Assembly (NCBI RefSeq): GCF_031769215.1
Contig: NW_026782617.1
Span: 124,001-188,000, forward strand
Reading direction: 5' to 3'
Length of the DNA: 64,000 nt
DNA from: Ylistrum balloti
Lineage: Eukaryota
Shown: in pieces, positions 9,501 through 21,240 of the stretch
Position numbering within the stretch: position 1 is the first letter of the stretch
Layout of the letters: the number at the start of each line of letters is the position of its first letter
Notes under the pieces: generated by a model
What the model was told of the DNA's origin: nothing
Databases searched by the model: none
What the model saw: only the letters and a program-made list of their open reading frames with translations
Position numbers and translations under genes: made by a program

Positions 9501-11039
9501 GTTCAGACATGTATGCATACAAGGTTCACTCCCGTCCCTCGCATCGACCCTGCGCAACAAATCTAAATGGGAAAAGAAAAAAAAAAATGACAATTGATGA
9601 GGCACCTCACCGGAAGAAGCTTGTCACACATGCCGGAGTGGACAACAAAGAACCGTTTACTACCATACATATCCCCGTGGCTCAACTCTACACATGTACA
9701 GAACACCACATACAGAACAGTTGGTTGGACATAACCCCACACATGGTTAATAACCAAATAGTTACTGAAATGCAAGACCATTTGAAATGGAAACTCGTTA
9801 CGTTATTTTTTATTTAAAATGTGCTACTAAAACAAGGCTTTATATTTTTTGCTTGTTACCTAGATGCGGGGTTGTGCCCAATCTATTGGATGTCGTAAGG
9901 ACCCGGTAATAAGACACATCTTTTATATTAGTCGTTTGTTTAAAGAAAAATAAAAATGCATTATTTAAAATTATTTTAAGAAAATGAATTATACATGTTG
10001 CCCAGTATCATAGTAATAAAAGATTACTTTGAAAAGTGCAAGAAATAAGAGTTAGCTACAATTTGGCTTAATATACATATGCATAGAACAATTGATTAAC
10101 TCTATGTATGGAGCAGTTAGCTGTCATTAAGCTAACCATCGACATCAAAGACCAGGTAACGGATAATATATATATATAGGTTCACTGCTTACACAGTAAT
10201 TAAATCAACATACATCAACAGGTTAAGTAAATATTTGTGAGACAAAACATTTTGAATTTTTTCATGATATATAAGATAGCAACTTTATACATTTGTAGGT
10301 CTAGACCTCAGGACAGAGGAGTTGGAGAGGAGACAAGTAGAAAGATGAGACAACATGGTGGAAATAGAGGTAGCTTTTAAATTACCCTTTTAATCCTGGA
10401 GAAAGGAACTGGACATGCCATTTGCTCCGGACAACATTTTACTTCAATATAACTAAATTCAATCAAATTGTGATAGGGGGAAGTAAAATTGATACTGTTT
10501 GAGATTTCCTTAAAGTTATAGGGATATGTTTTGTAATAAAACAAGATTCCTATAAAATGCTATGTAGTCATTAACATTTTATTTTAAATTTAAATCTACA
10601 ACATTTTTTTTATCTGCTCTAGTTCAGTAAACTAGTCAAGAAAAAAAAACAAATATTGACTGATGAATAACAAGGCAATGTGTTTTACTGGTATAAATTT
10701 GTAATTTGCCAAAAAAAAAAAATTATTTAAAAAAACAATTGAAAAGTTTTTGTTCTCTCCATTTCGAGCACCTTTCACTTTCCTGTTTGAAATTGAAACT
10801 TTACGATAAAGAAGATTTTTTGTCTCTTTTTCGTCGTAATGCACATACAAATGTCCTACTTACTTCTGCTTGTTTGTTTGGTGGTTTTAAGGTGGGGTCT
10901 CATTGTAGTAACTGGTGGCTACCACATTGAACGGCATATACGGGCCCGTAACATGCCATCTAGAGCAAGGGGACAGTGCTGCATAGACCCGTCTGTTTCA
11001 TGAATGTTATGTCTATTTATTTGCTGAGTTTGTCATTCC

Positions 11040-11150
11040 CTGAACAGTCAAGGTCATTTTGAAGCCATGTTTCCTTATATAGCTGGTGCCATCCGGAGCA
11101 GTTCGGGTAAAGTCATCATGCCCAAAGACAAAAACATGACAACAAAACTA
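11040..11150 (-). mobile_element. Possible CORE-SINE fragment
   Basis: GGGTAAAGTCATCATGCCCAAAGAC resembles the reverse complement of the CORE (MIR-like) domain GGTTAAGTGACTTGCCCAAGGTCAC. Confidence 0.35.
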
Positions 11151-11251
11151 TATGATTGTCATTCTCAATGAACCAACATAACTGTTACTGAAAAGATAAA
11201 TGGAATTACAGAATAAAAAAATGTACCAAAAATACATTTTTGTTTTTTCAG

Positions 11252-11358
11252 GGACAAATTTTCAGATCGAGAATCAAGAATGGCATTAAAGATGTTAAAA
11301 AAACCCCTTAAAAATAAACCTGTGTGGCAGAGGCCCATTTCACATCATCGAAAATCTG
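11252..11358 (+). CDS. Probable internal coding exon of unidentified gene (phase 2-1)
   Basis: Strong acceptor ttttgttttttcag, donor CTG|gtatgc; open frame DKFSDRESRMALKMLKKPLKNKPVWQRPISHHRKS. Confidence 0.5.
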
Positions 11359-11859
11359 GTATGCTGGTATAGTATACAGGTATGGGTTTAACTTGCACTG
11401 CTAGGCTTGATTTGTATTAGATAAATCTCAGGCTTCCAGAATGTACTTCTCTTGAATTTTTTATAAAAAATGTACTGAAAGTGCCACAGCTTTCTTACTT
11501 TGAATACAGACATGCTTTGTTTCTATTGATCACTGTTTTTTTTTTTTATTTCTGAACGAAGTGCAAGAACAATGAACCATGATTTTATGAGGTAGTACTG
11601 TACATCCATGACTAACACAGGATATACATTGTGTGCTAAGGGTCTGTGGTTATCGCCATATATAGCAAGGAAATTTTGTAGACAATTCTTTTTTCTGTTC
11701 TACTATTCTTGTTTGATGCTATAACTAGGAAATGTCTGAATTTTGCTCGGTATGTGTTAGTGTAGTTTCAGTGTACATTTCATGCATGACTACTGATAAA
11801 ACAACAACAGTTTGAATCTTGACTTGGCTGTGATGCACGGATATTTGGATGGCATGGCA

Positions 11860-11975
11860 GTAACACTCATGTTTTGCACTAAACAGATGATCAGCATTTG
11901 ATTTCCCAATCAGATGTGAATAGATGTGCCTACCCCTAAGGTTTTCCCCTGGAACTCCGATCTCTTTCCACGGAA
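11860..11975 (+). mobile_element. Highly decayed copy of the tRNA/V-type SINE
   Basis: GGCAGTAACACTCATG...TTTGATTTCCC...GGTTTTCCCCTGGAACTCCGATCTCTTTCCAC aligns loosely to the 6545-6785 element. Confidence 0.5.
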
Positions 11976-12737
11976 AGACACTTCACGCTTCCTTATGCAC
12001 TATTCATTGTCGTGTGATCTTTCAATTTATACCTGTCAACATTTTTATTACACAATGGTGTGTTGATAATAGTGACATGAAGAAGGACGTCACATTGACG
12101 AAAAAAAAACTTGCTGATTCCAAGTGTTCAGCTAATATTGATGGTGTTATTTATCTGTCCTCTGAATGTGAGATTGACAGGAGAATCTTTTTGTGTTATC
12201 TTGGAAGATTCAAAACATCGGAAAACAGGATATCAGTGTAAAAACACACAAGAAAGCTGTATATTATGATTTCTGTACCATATGTCAGCAAAACTTGGAC
12301 GGTTTGTAGGAAAACTCCTGTTTCGGCAGTTTTTCCCCCTTTTTTCCATGATGTAATTATGTAATAAAACAGATATTCATTGTTGGTGGTATGTACATGT
12401 AGTCAAAAATATTTGCCCCTCAAAGCTGATAGCTTACCATGTGTTACATTGTAAACAGGCTGGAGTCACCTTGGGTCAAAAACTAGCAACTTTGTTCCAA
12501 GATTTCTGACTATAGCATGGGAAGGCATGAAATATCTCCATAATAGTGCCAAAACCTGCATGCCATGCCTTGACTCATTTGAATAGTGGCATGGTTCTGA
12601 ATAAACACATTATAATTGACATTCTTCTAACATTGTCAGGTATGAAAAAATTACAAAATGTATTATACATAGTAGGGCTTGTGTATCTTCCTATCTAGAT
12701 TTTAACTTTTTTTAAAATCAATTTAGATTTTCTTCAG

Positions 12738-13002
12738 GTGCTTCCAAAGCTTTCAAATTTAGGCCCCAAGCATCATTGACGAGTCCTAGAAGGACAAAAC
12801 AGCTGTATAATACATTTTACTTCATTGTTTGGCTCTACTCTATCCAACTCTAAATTTATATCAAAAGGTGTTATTCACTTGTGTGTCTTTTATACAATCA
12901 TGAAAGAGGTTGACCAATTTGAAAATAATATATATAAGATAAGATAGTTTTTTTTTCGGTTCAGGACGTGAAGAGTCCTCTCTACCAGACTCAATAATGC
13001 AG
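12738..13002 (+). CDS. Two tentative small exons (12738-~12782/12804 and 12965-13002) of the same unidentified gene
   Basis: Acceptors gattttcttcag and tttttttcggttcag, donor CAG|gttaag; frames GASKAFKFRPQASLT and REESSLPDSIMQ; the donor of the first exon is ambiguous. Confidence 0.4.
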
Positions 13003-13094
13003 GTTAAGTTTCAAGATTCTATAATAAATTGATAAAATATATATGTCTCTCATAAATCATTGTTTCTGATATTGTTAATTCAATAGTTAAGTTA

Positions 13095-13475
13095 TTTCAA
13101 CTCTGTAATTGAAGAACAGTTCTTGGTTCTTCCAGTAACAGTCTAGCTAGTTTTTAAACCTATTCACAGTTTTTGCAGTAACAAGATGGTCCGGTAATTT
13201 GTTCCAGATCAATGGTGATCTTATGGAAAAAAGTTTTTGCGTAGTCTACTTGAAGTTTGTTTTAGAAAAACTGTTTGCAAGCAGACTCACCGACTGTGTC
13301 GTTGAGTGGCCTCTGCCCATAGTTGGACAGAGTTGCAGCATTCCTGGTCATACATTCCATTGGTGATTCTATAAGATTCAATCATTTCTCCCCTGACTCT
13401 CCTGAAGGCTAAAGTTGGTAGGTTCAGCTTTTCTAATCTCTGTCTGTAGGTAAGATTTTGCATGCCAGGTAGGCA
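13095..13475 (-). mobile_element. CR1-type LINE 3' remnant (ORF2 C-terminus)
   Basis: Minus strand LPGMQNLTYRQRLEKLNLPTLAFRRVRGEMIESYRITNGMYD...LRKNFF/IRSPLIWNKLPDHLVTAKTVNRFKN*LDCYW, the canonical CR1 ORF2 tail with stops and a frameshift. Confidence 0.88.
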
Positions 13476-13699
13476 TTTATATAAAGTTCCACTACTTCTG
13501 TTTTTAACTGAAAACAGGGACAGTATAGTTTTACAAGTTTTACATAGGGTATGTTTTACAAAGGGTAAATTTCATGGGTAAAACTATTTTGTGAAATACC
13601 AAACACTGCCTTAAATCCAGACAAAAACATCTTTTTTAACATGATTATATACACACACACACGCAAAAGAAGATATATGTACTATTTGTATTCATCCAA

Positions 13700-14130
13700 T
13701 TTAGGTCAACAAACAGAGGAAGATGTTCTAGTTTATTTGTATAAACAGTGTAAAGGTAGAGTTACATTCGTGGGGACAACCATCAAAATTAAAGTCTGCT
13801 AATATTACATCCTTGTACTCTTCTGGAATAGCGTATCTGTGATTACTTTAAGGTAATCTGATCTATGTATAGACATACCTGTACAATGTAGTTCATACCT
13901 GCAGTTTGCACCACAGATTTACGATGTATTGTAAACAATATCTTGCTCATTAATGCATAAAAAATTGTTGTTCCCCAGCTGATCATTTTTACCTTTTTTA
14001 ATTTTGTATCTAGATTGTACTGAACACGGGGAAACATAGCATTTGTAGGCTGTGATCAAATCCACGATTAGGTAAGTAGTGACTTCACATTGAATAAGTT
14101 CCTTTGTGTTTTGGAGAAAAATCATTTCTG
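13700..14130 (-). mobile_element. Possible decayed LINE endonuclease fragment
   Basis: Minus strand DVILADFN resembles the APE GDFN motif; KELIQCEVTTYLIVD..YKCYVSP resembles an APE N-terminus; heavily degraded. Confidence 0.3.
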
Positions 14131-15829
14131 GTTAGTTAGGGTCATATACTGGGACAGTCTTGATAAAACTTACGTGGAGGGTACAAAGTACATAAATACT
14201 AAAGCTGATTAGTATTGGATGCTGTAGAAGCATTGGGGAGAAGAAAAGGTATGTTTTTCTTATATAATAACATATGTTTGTGGTCCTGGAAGAGTCACAA
14301 ACTGAACAGTTTCTTGTAAAGTTGATTTGTTTATATAACCTGAAACCTCATGATATGTTTATGCAGATTTGAGGATCAAGGTCATTTATCTATATCAAGG
14401 TCAAGGTTGACAGAAGGTTACATTGAAGTGCTAAATAAAGAAACGATTTAAATGTTTCTGCTATCAGAGATATTGGAGTGCGAGAGGAGGTGGTGTTCCA
14501 TGTTCATCTTTGCCAAGCTAGCATGCCAGACAGCTTTACTCACATACATATTACAACATGTGTTACTCGTAATGATAGATTTTATGTCAAACAGAAGGGA
14601 TATTTGGAAAGTTCAAATATAACGTTTATCTCATGTTATCTATTCAGTTAACATAAATCATTTTGAAAATGATTTGTGGGGTAAAAAATCAATTTCCTTT
14701 GAAAACTGGTAAAATTGAATGGCTACATCAGCATGATTTCTTTTTCATTTTCTAAAGTTAGCATGTAAGACCCCATCCTAGGGGCATAAATAGATATAAA
14801 TACCCCTGGTCGCGCAAACATGCATTAGGAGTAAGATGTAGATTAAATGTGTGCGTATGCATGCATGTGTTCATACTGATAGAATCTCACAGAGTTGGTA
14901 TTCAGGGATTACGTAGTACTATGGAGTTTTTTAATTCATCTCTATTTTTTGATAACAGGCACTTTCAGTGCCACTCTAAGTATAGGACAGAACTTTGAAA
15001 GCCTGTAGTGGCCCTGTTCAGCAGTACAGGTAGCTGAGTTTGAAGATCTACAGACCTGTTTCTTTTCAACAGTGAGCAATCGTAACCATGACAAAGCTGT
15101 CTCTTTATAGCCAGTTTCTTTGGTTTATCAGTTAACTGGTCAGAATTAAGTTCATAATGGAACACTGAAAGCTTAATTCTGCAATGTGTAGCAGGAATCT
15201 GCTGTTTGTGATTTTAAAACAGATTGTTATACACAAGGTAACAGTGAATCTACACATAACACTGTCAGTATGAAGCTGCACTGAACACTTGGGACATCTG
15301 GATGTAACCAAATAGTACAACAGAGTGCAATGTACAATTGAGTGTGATGAAGTATAACTGAATACAACAAAGTATGATTGAATACAACAAAGTACATTTA
15401 AGTATAACTAAGTGTTGACATTGAGTACAAAACATTGTAAAACTGAGTTCCATGAAGTACATGTGTGTACCACGAGTGTTGAAAAGTACAATTGCGTACA
15501 GCAAATTACAACTTCGTGCAATATACAACTGAGGGTACAACGGAAGTACAACTAAGTTCAAGAAAGTACAACTGAGTGAGCCAAATGTTATAAAGCCGCA
15601 TCAGAGCGGAAAATGATGAACTTTATGTAACAGAATATATTGACCGACATTTAAACAGATTGAAGTTTTGAGTTACCATACAACTTTATTAAACACAGTC
15701 CAATGTTAGTGGTACAACTTTTTGATATAATGCATCTTTATTTTGATGGTATCACAATATTGAGTGACATATACACGAGTGGTGATCTGATAAGTTTTGG
15801 GATTTCCCTGTAAAGTGTAGGTCTTTGTT

Positions 15830-16140
15830 CTCCTGTTGGTATTCTGGTGGTGTTTTAAGGAGACCTGCCTGGAGATGAGTTTTGGACCTTACACCTTCCC
15901 TCAGGAATCAACGATACCTTATCAAATGTGTACTGATGACATACAGGAAATCTTGTGGGTAAGAAAAAAAATGAACAATTTTACACAAACTGAAATACAG
16001 GGAGTGGCAAGTGAAAATGGAGGTAATTAGAGGTGGTGATTTTTTAGGGACTGAGTGAAGCCCTCAGCTGGAACAGGACTGGAAGATAGAGGAATCTTTT
16101 GGAGGTCCATGAGTGGGTTCTACAGGGTGGAGTGTTGATA
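15830..16140 (+). mobile_element. Decayed RTE-type LINE ORF2 C-terminal fragment
   Basis: LPGDEFWTL (cf. LYGxExWTL) then, in another frame, QMCTDDIQEILWVRKKMNN (cf. EMxCYRRILxISWxxKxTN). Confidence 0.5.
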
Positions 16141-16499
16141 GGAAGGAGGGGGTGTTAAGAGACTGTGGAGATAAAGTACATGATCCTTGGAGAAGTTTGG
16201 TTCTCATGGGGGGGGGGGGGGGTGGGTAATGAATACAGTGTGTTTATGCCATTATAGAACTTGTCTCCAGTAGGTTTACTGTAAAAACAAAATAAATTGA
16301 CATAGCAACAGAATCTTCAAAAATTCAAAATCTCTAATTTGATGAAATAGGGCAAAAAGAAATAATAACTGAAAGGAAAAAAAATGTATATTTCAAAGAC
16401 ATCTCAATAAAGATTTTTTTATGATACTTTCAGATCTGGTAATGATACACCTGGAAGTTGAATACTAAAGTGAAGAATGTAAGACAACATTATCATATT

Positions 16500-16965
16500 G
16501 ACACTAAACTTTTATCCAAACCTGTCTTTATTATCAAAGCAGTGATACTTTTTAACTAAACTTTTATCCAGACCTGTCTTTATTATCAAAGCAATGACAC
16601 TTTTTAACTAAACCTTTATCCAAACCTGTCTTATCAATACAACCAATGACACTTTTTAACTAAAACTTTATCCAAACCTGTCTTAATTATCGAAGCAATA
16701 ACACTTTTGAACTAAATCTTTATCCAGACCTGTCTTACTTATCGAAGCAGTGATACTTTTTAACTAAAACTTTATCCAGACCTGTCTCAATTATCGAAGC
16801 AGTGATACTTTTTAACTGAACCTTTATCCAGACCTGTCTTAATTATCGAAGCAGTGATACTTTTTAACTGAACCTTTATCCAGACCTGTCTTAATTATCG
16901 AAGCAATGATACTTTTTAACTGAACCTTTATCCAAACCTGTCTTAATTATCAAACCAATAATACT
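16500..16965. repeat. 52-bp minisatellite, ~9 copies
   Basis: Unit TTTATCCAGACCTGTCTTAATTATCGAAGCAGTGATACTTTTTAACTGAACC; period 52 (16510 to 16562). Confidence 0.95.
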
Positions 16966-17084
16966 TGCTACATTTTTCCAGCGTTGATCCCATAAGCCAA
17001 CCTATTTATAACATTGTTTAGTAAAATTATAAACACATGCTAATTTATTGTCCTCTACTAAGCCCACCCCATTACTTTGAGTCG

Positions 17085-17414
17085 GAAATAATCCTTTGAT
17101 CCGTTGGGCTACCTAAAGAAATAATCCTATGATCCGTTGGGCTACCTAAAGAAATAATCCTTTGATCCGTTGGGTTACCTAAAGAAATAATCCTATGATC
17201 AGTTGGGCTATCTAAAGAAATAATCCTTTGATCCGTTGGGCTACCTAAAGAAATAATCCTATGATCCGTTGGGCTACCTAAAGAAATAATCCTATGATCC
17301 GTTGGGCTACCTAAAGAAATAATCCTTTGATCCGTTGGGCTACCTAAAGAAATAATCCTTTGATCCGTTGGGTTACCTAAAGAAATAATCCTTTGATCCG
17401 TTGGGCTACCTAAA
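17085..17414. repeat. 33-bp minisatellite, ~10 near-identical copies
   Basis: GAAATAATCCTTTGATCCGTTGGGCTACCTAAA, period 33. Confidence 0.97.
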
Positions 17415-17478
17415 TGCTGGAAGAATATGATAATAATGCTAATAACTATAAATCTATGTATTCTGTCTGGAATTATCA

Positions 17479-18676
17479 GTGACCAGTGTTCTGTCCAGGG
17501 TGACCAGCGTTCTGTCCAGGGTGACCGGCGTTCTGTCCACGGTGACCGGCGTTCTGTCCAGGGTGACCGGTGTTCTGGCCAGGGTGACTAGTGTTCTGTC
17601 CAGGGCGACCAGTATTTTGTCTTCCCTAGTCAGAGTAACCAGTATTCTTTCCTTCTCTGTACACAGTAACCAGTATTGTCATTCCTTGTCCAGAGTGACC
17701 ATTATTCTATCCTACCCTGTCCAAAGTGACCAGTATTTTGTCTTCCCTAGCCAGAATGACCAGTATTTTGTCTTCCCTAGCCAGAATGACCATTAGTTTA
17801 TCCTTCCCTAGCCACAGTGACCTGAATTATGTCCTCCCCTGTCCAGAGTGACCATTATTCTATCCTTCCCTGTACACAGTGACCTGTATTATGTCATTCC
17901 TTGTCCAGAGTGACCAGTATTTTGTCTTCCCTAGCCAGAGTGACCAGTATTCTGTCCTCCCCTGTCCAGAGTGACCATTATTCTTTCCTACCCTGTACAA
18001 AGTGACCTGTATTATTCATTCCTTTTCCAGAGTGACCAGTATTTTGTCTTCCCTAGCCAGAGTGACCATTAGTCTATCCTTCCCTGTCCAGAGTGACCAG
18101 TATTATGTCATTCCTTGTCCAGAGTGACCAGTATTTTGTCTTCCCTTGCCAGAGTGACCATTATTCTATCCTTCCCTGTCTACAGTGACCTGTATTCTGT
18201 CCTCCCCTGTCCAGAGTGACCATTATTCTATCCTTCCCTGTACACAGTGACCTGTATTCTGTCCTCCCCTGTCCAGAGTGACCAGTATTTTGTCTTCTCT
18301 AGCCAGAGTGTCCATTAGTCTATCCTTCCCAGTCCAAAATTACCTGTATTCTTTCTTTCCCTGTTTAGAATGACCAGTATTTTGTCTTCCCTGTTTTAAG
18401 TGACCAGTATTTTGTCTTCCCTAGTCAGAATGACTAGTAGTTTGTCCTCCCCTGTTTAGAGTGACCAGTATTCTGTCCTTCAATGTCTGGAGTGATGACC
18501 AGTATTTGGAGAGTGACCAATATTATTCCCTTCCCTGTTCAGAGTGACCAGTATTATTCCCTTCCCTGTTCAGAGTGACCAGTATTATGCCCTTCCCTGT
18601 TCAGAGTGACCAGTATTATGCCCTTCCCTGTTCAGAGTGACCAGTATTATGCCCTTCCCTGTTCAGAGTGACCAGT
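17479..18676. repeat. Complex minisatellite: 21-bp units grading into 31-bp variant units
   Basis: GTGACCAGTGTTCTGTCCAGG at the left; AGAGTGACCAGTATTATGCCCTTCCCTGTTC at the right; mixed variants in between. Confidence 0.93.
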
Positions 18677-20079
18677 AATAAAATATCTGGATTTAACTTG
18701 TTTCATTGTACATTTTATATGTATTGTGTTCTAGCAGTAGAAAATAACTGGTTTATTAACTCTAATTAAGGTTTAATGGATATTTCAATGTGATTTCAAT
18801 TAAACAATATGGTGTATTTAGCCACCTCTCTACAATGCTTTGTACATGTATCTAAGAAATTAATTGAAAATATGATAGAACATAGGCCACTTTTATTGCT
18901 GTTGAAATCACTCTTTAACAGTCTGTTATGAAGTTTTATGAGTTAAATGTATCATTGGTCTTATTTGGGTGTCCCACATTTCAGATATTCCAAGATATCT
19001 TTCAGTTGCCATTTTGGCTTTAGACTGAAGTTTGGTACCTGTGTTTCTGAATAATTACAGCAGAGACCTTCTTGAAACTTTCTGAGCATGTTCAGTTTGG
19101 GTTAAGTGTTTGTTTTATGAGCCAAATTTTGAGTATGATTAGGTATTCAAGATGGCCGCCTCTAGCCATTTTTGATTTTGATAGCTGCTTAATTTGCTAT
19201 TAATATCAGTCAATGCAAGAGATAACTAAGAGAAAAGATCAGACTTTAATAGAAACCAAAGTGAAGATTATCATATGATGGACTCTTAGATCTTCGGGGA
19301 TCTCTTATTTCAGTGCTTCAAGTTTAGATGGAGCCTTATAGGCCCCATGGCTTTCTATAGACTTAAAATTATCTGTTGAGCTAAACTTTAATGAAAATTT
19401 GGCTAGCTATTTTGGTATTGTGTGGCTTTGGAGTGTTATACCAGGCTTCAATGATGATGTATGATATAAGATCAGTCAATATTAAATGATGTATCCTTCA
19501 TACTTCAGTTTTCTAGTGTGTTAGAGGATGATCATGTGATGGAAGGGAAACATTTAAGGATGTAAGAAATATGTCCTTTCCCTTGATACGGATTTCCTTG
19601 ATTTATCCTGACTTATAATACAGGCCTCACAGTGATATTAACCAGCCGATTCATTTACAGTGATGTAACAGTAAAAAGTCATATGATATCCTCATCATCC
19701 GAAAGGTTACTCCCCTTTGGAGAATTCTTTTTTGGAAAATGACCAAATATCACAGAGAAATGTAAGGGTTATGCATCTGACTGTAAACTGCTGTGTGTAA
19801 TCCAGTGTGTCTTAGTTCTCTGTACAGAGATTGAGATATCTGGCATTATTAGTAATTTGATATACAAATGTTGATTTCAGTCAGATTACCAGATTTATTT
19901 TGCAATATGCACAAAATCCAACACATTTGATAAAATTTCAAGAGATGAGCTTATCAAAGAAAAACAAATTTGTTGATGGCCGTTTCCCTGTGCAACAATT
20001 GATGTATGTGGGTGGGCTTATTGTCAAATACATATAATAATTCTGACAACTCTACATAGGAACAATAACAGTGACATAT

Positions 20080-21240
20080 TGAAGGTAAAAGGATATTTAT
20101 AGCTCACTGTTAAGAAAATTATTACCGGCAACAAATGAAAATAAAAAGCAGTTTTCAACGACCAACTTCGACCTTCATAGAAAGATTCCTTACATTGTTA
20201 GCTCAGACAAATACGAAACTGTATTTTTAAAAACAGAAATTCAAAGTTATGGCCCCTTATTCAATTACCAAAACATTGTCTGTGCGATATAGCAAAATTT
20301 ACAGAGTTGTGGCCCTTTATTTAATTACAGACATTGTGTCCGCTGAATATCAAAAAATAATTTTAAACAGACCAACTCCAATCTGCTAAGGAAGGTTCAT
20401 TAAGTTGATAGCTCAGACAAGTAAGATCACCATGTTTCTAAGCATGATACCATGATAGCTCCGACAAATTAGATCACCATAATTCTTGGAGCATAACTCA
20501 TGGAGTTATTCTCACTTATTCAATTACCAAAACAGTGTTGGCTTGATACCACAAATAGTTATCAGCAGATCAACTTCCAGCTTTATCAGAAGGTTTATTT
20601 CCAGGATTGGTTGGACAACTTAGATGAAAGCTATATTTGGATAAAAGTTTTGTGGAGTTATGGCCTTTAGTGTTCACTCAAAACTAAAGGTAGTTTTTAA
20701 CGGATCAACTTCAACCTTTGTAGGAAGCTTCACTAAGTTTAATAATGGTAATTTTGGAGAGCAATTCATAGAATTATGGCCCCTTATTCAATTACTGAAA
20801 GTGTCCGCTTGATATCACAAGTAGTTTTCAAACAGATCGAGCTTTATTGAAAGGTTCATTACCATAATAGCTTGGACCAGTTCAATAGTTGGAATTTTCA
20901 GTTGAAAATTTACAGAATTATTGCCCTTTATTTAACTATCTGCTCAATATTGAAAGTAGCTTTCAACGGATCAAGTTCAAACTTCGTAAGAAGGTTGATT
21001 GGATGACCACAGTTTTCAGACAAAATTTATGGAGTTAGGGCCCTTTAATCACCAGTTCCTCTAAAACTTGGTAGGCTTTATAAACATCATGTGAAATTGT
21101 GTTTTCCTTTATTGCTATATGATTTTACAAATTTGGGAAGAGTTATTGCCCTTTGTTTTTTTTCAGCACTTGTAGAGATATCCGCTCCTTCAGTGTGTAA
21201 TCAATTTCTTTGAAACTTATGGTCTGAAAACCACAACTTG
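20080..21240. repeat. Degenerate ~130-170 bp internal repeats of a HINE/Helentron-like interspersed element
   Basis: Recurring GAGTTATGGCCCCTTA and CAGATCAACTTCAA motifs about 8 times; family assignment inferred. Confidence 0.5.

Noticed and set aside
10299-10369. Exon-like unit SRPQDRGVGEETSRKMRQHGGNR
   Set aside because: Splice sites are plausible, but the purine-rich sequence also resembles a decayed RTE 3' end and does not join cleanly to neighbours; left unannotated.
11990-12300. Possible N-terminal fragment of a Cys/His-containing DNA transposase
   Set aside because: Only vague resemblance; cannot name a family without a search.
15860-15958. Apparent 99-nt phase 0-0 exon with strong gtaaga donor
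   Set aside because: Surrounding frames match RTE LINE ORF2 motifs continuing across the supposed donor; better explained as a LINE fossil.
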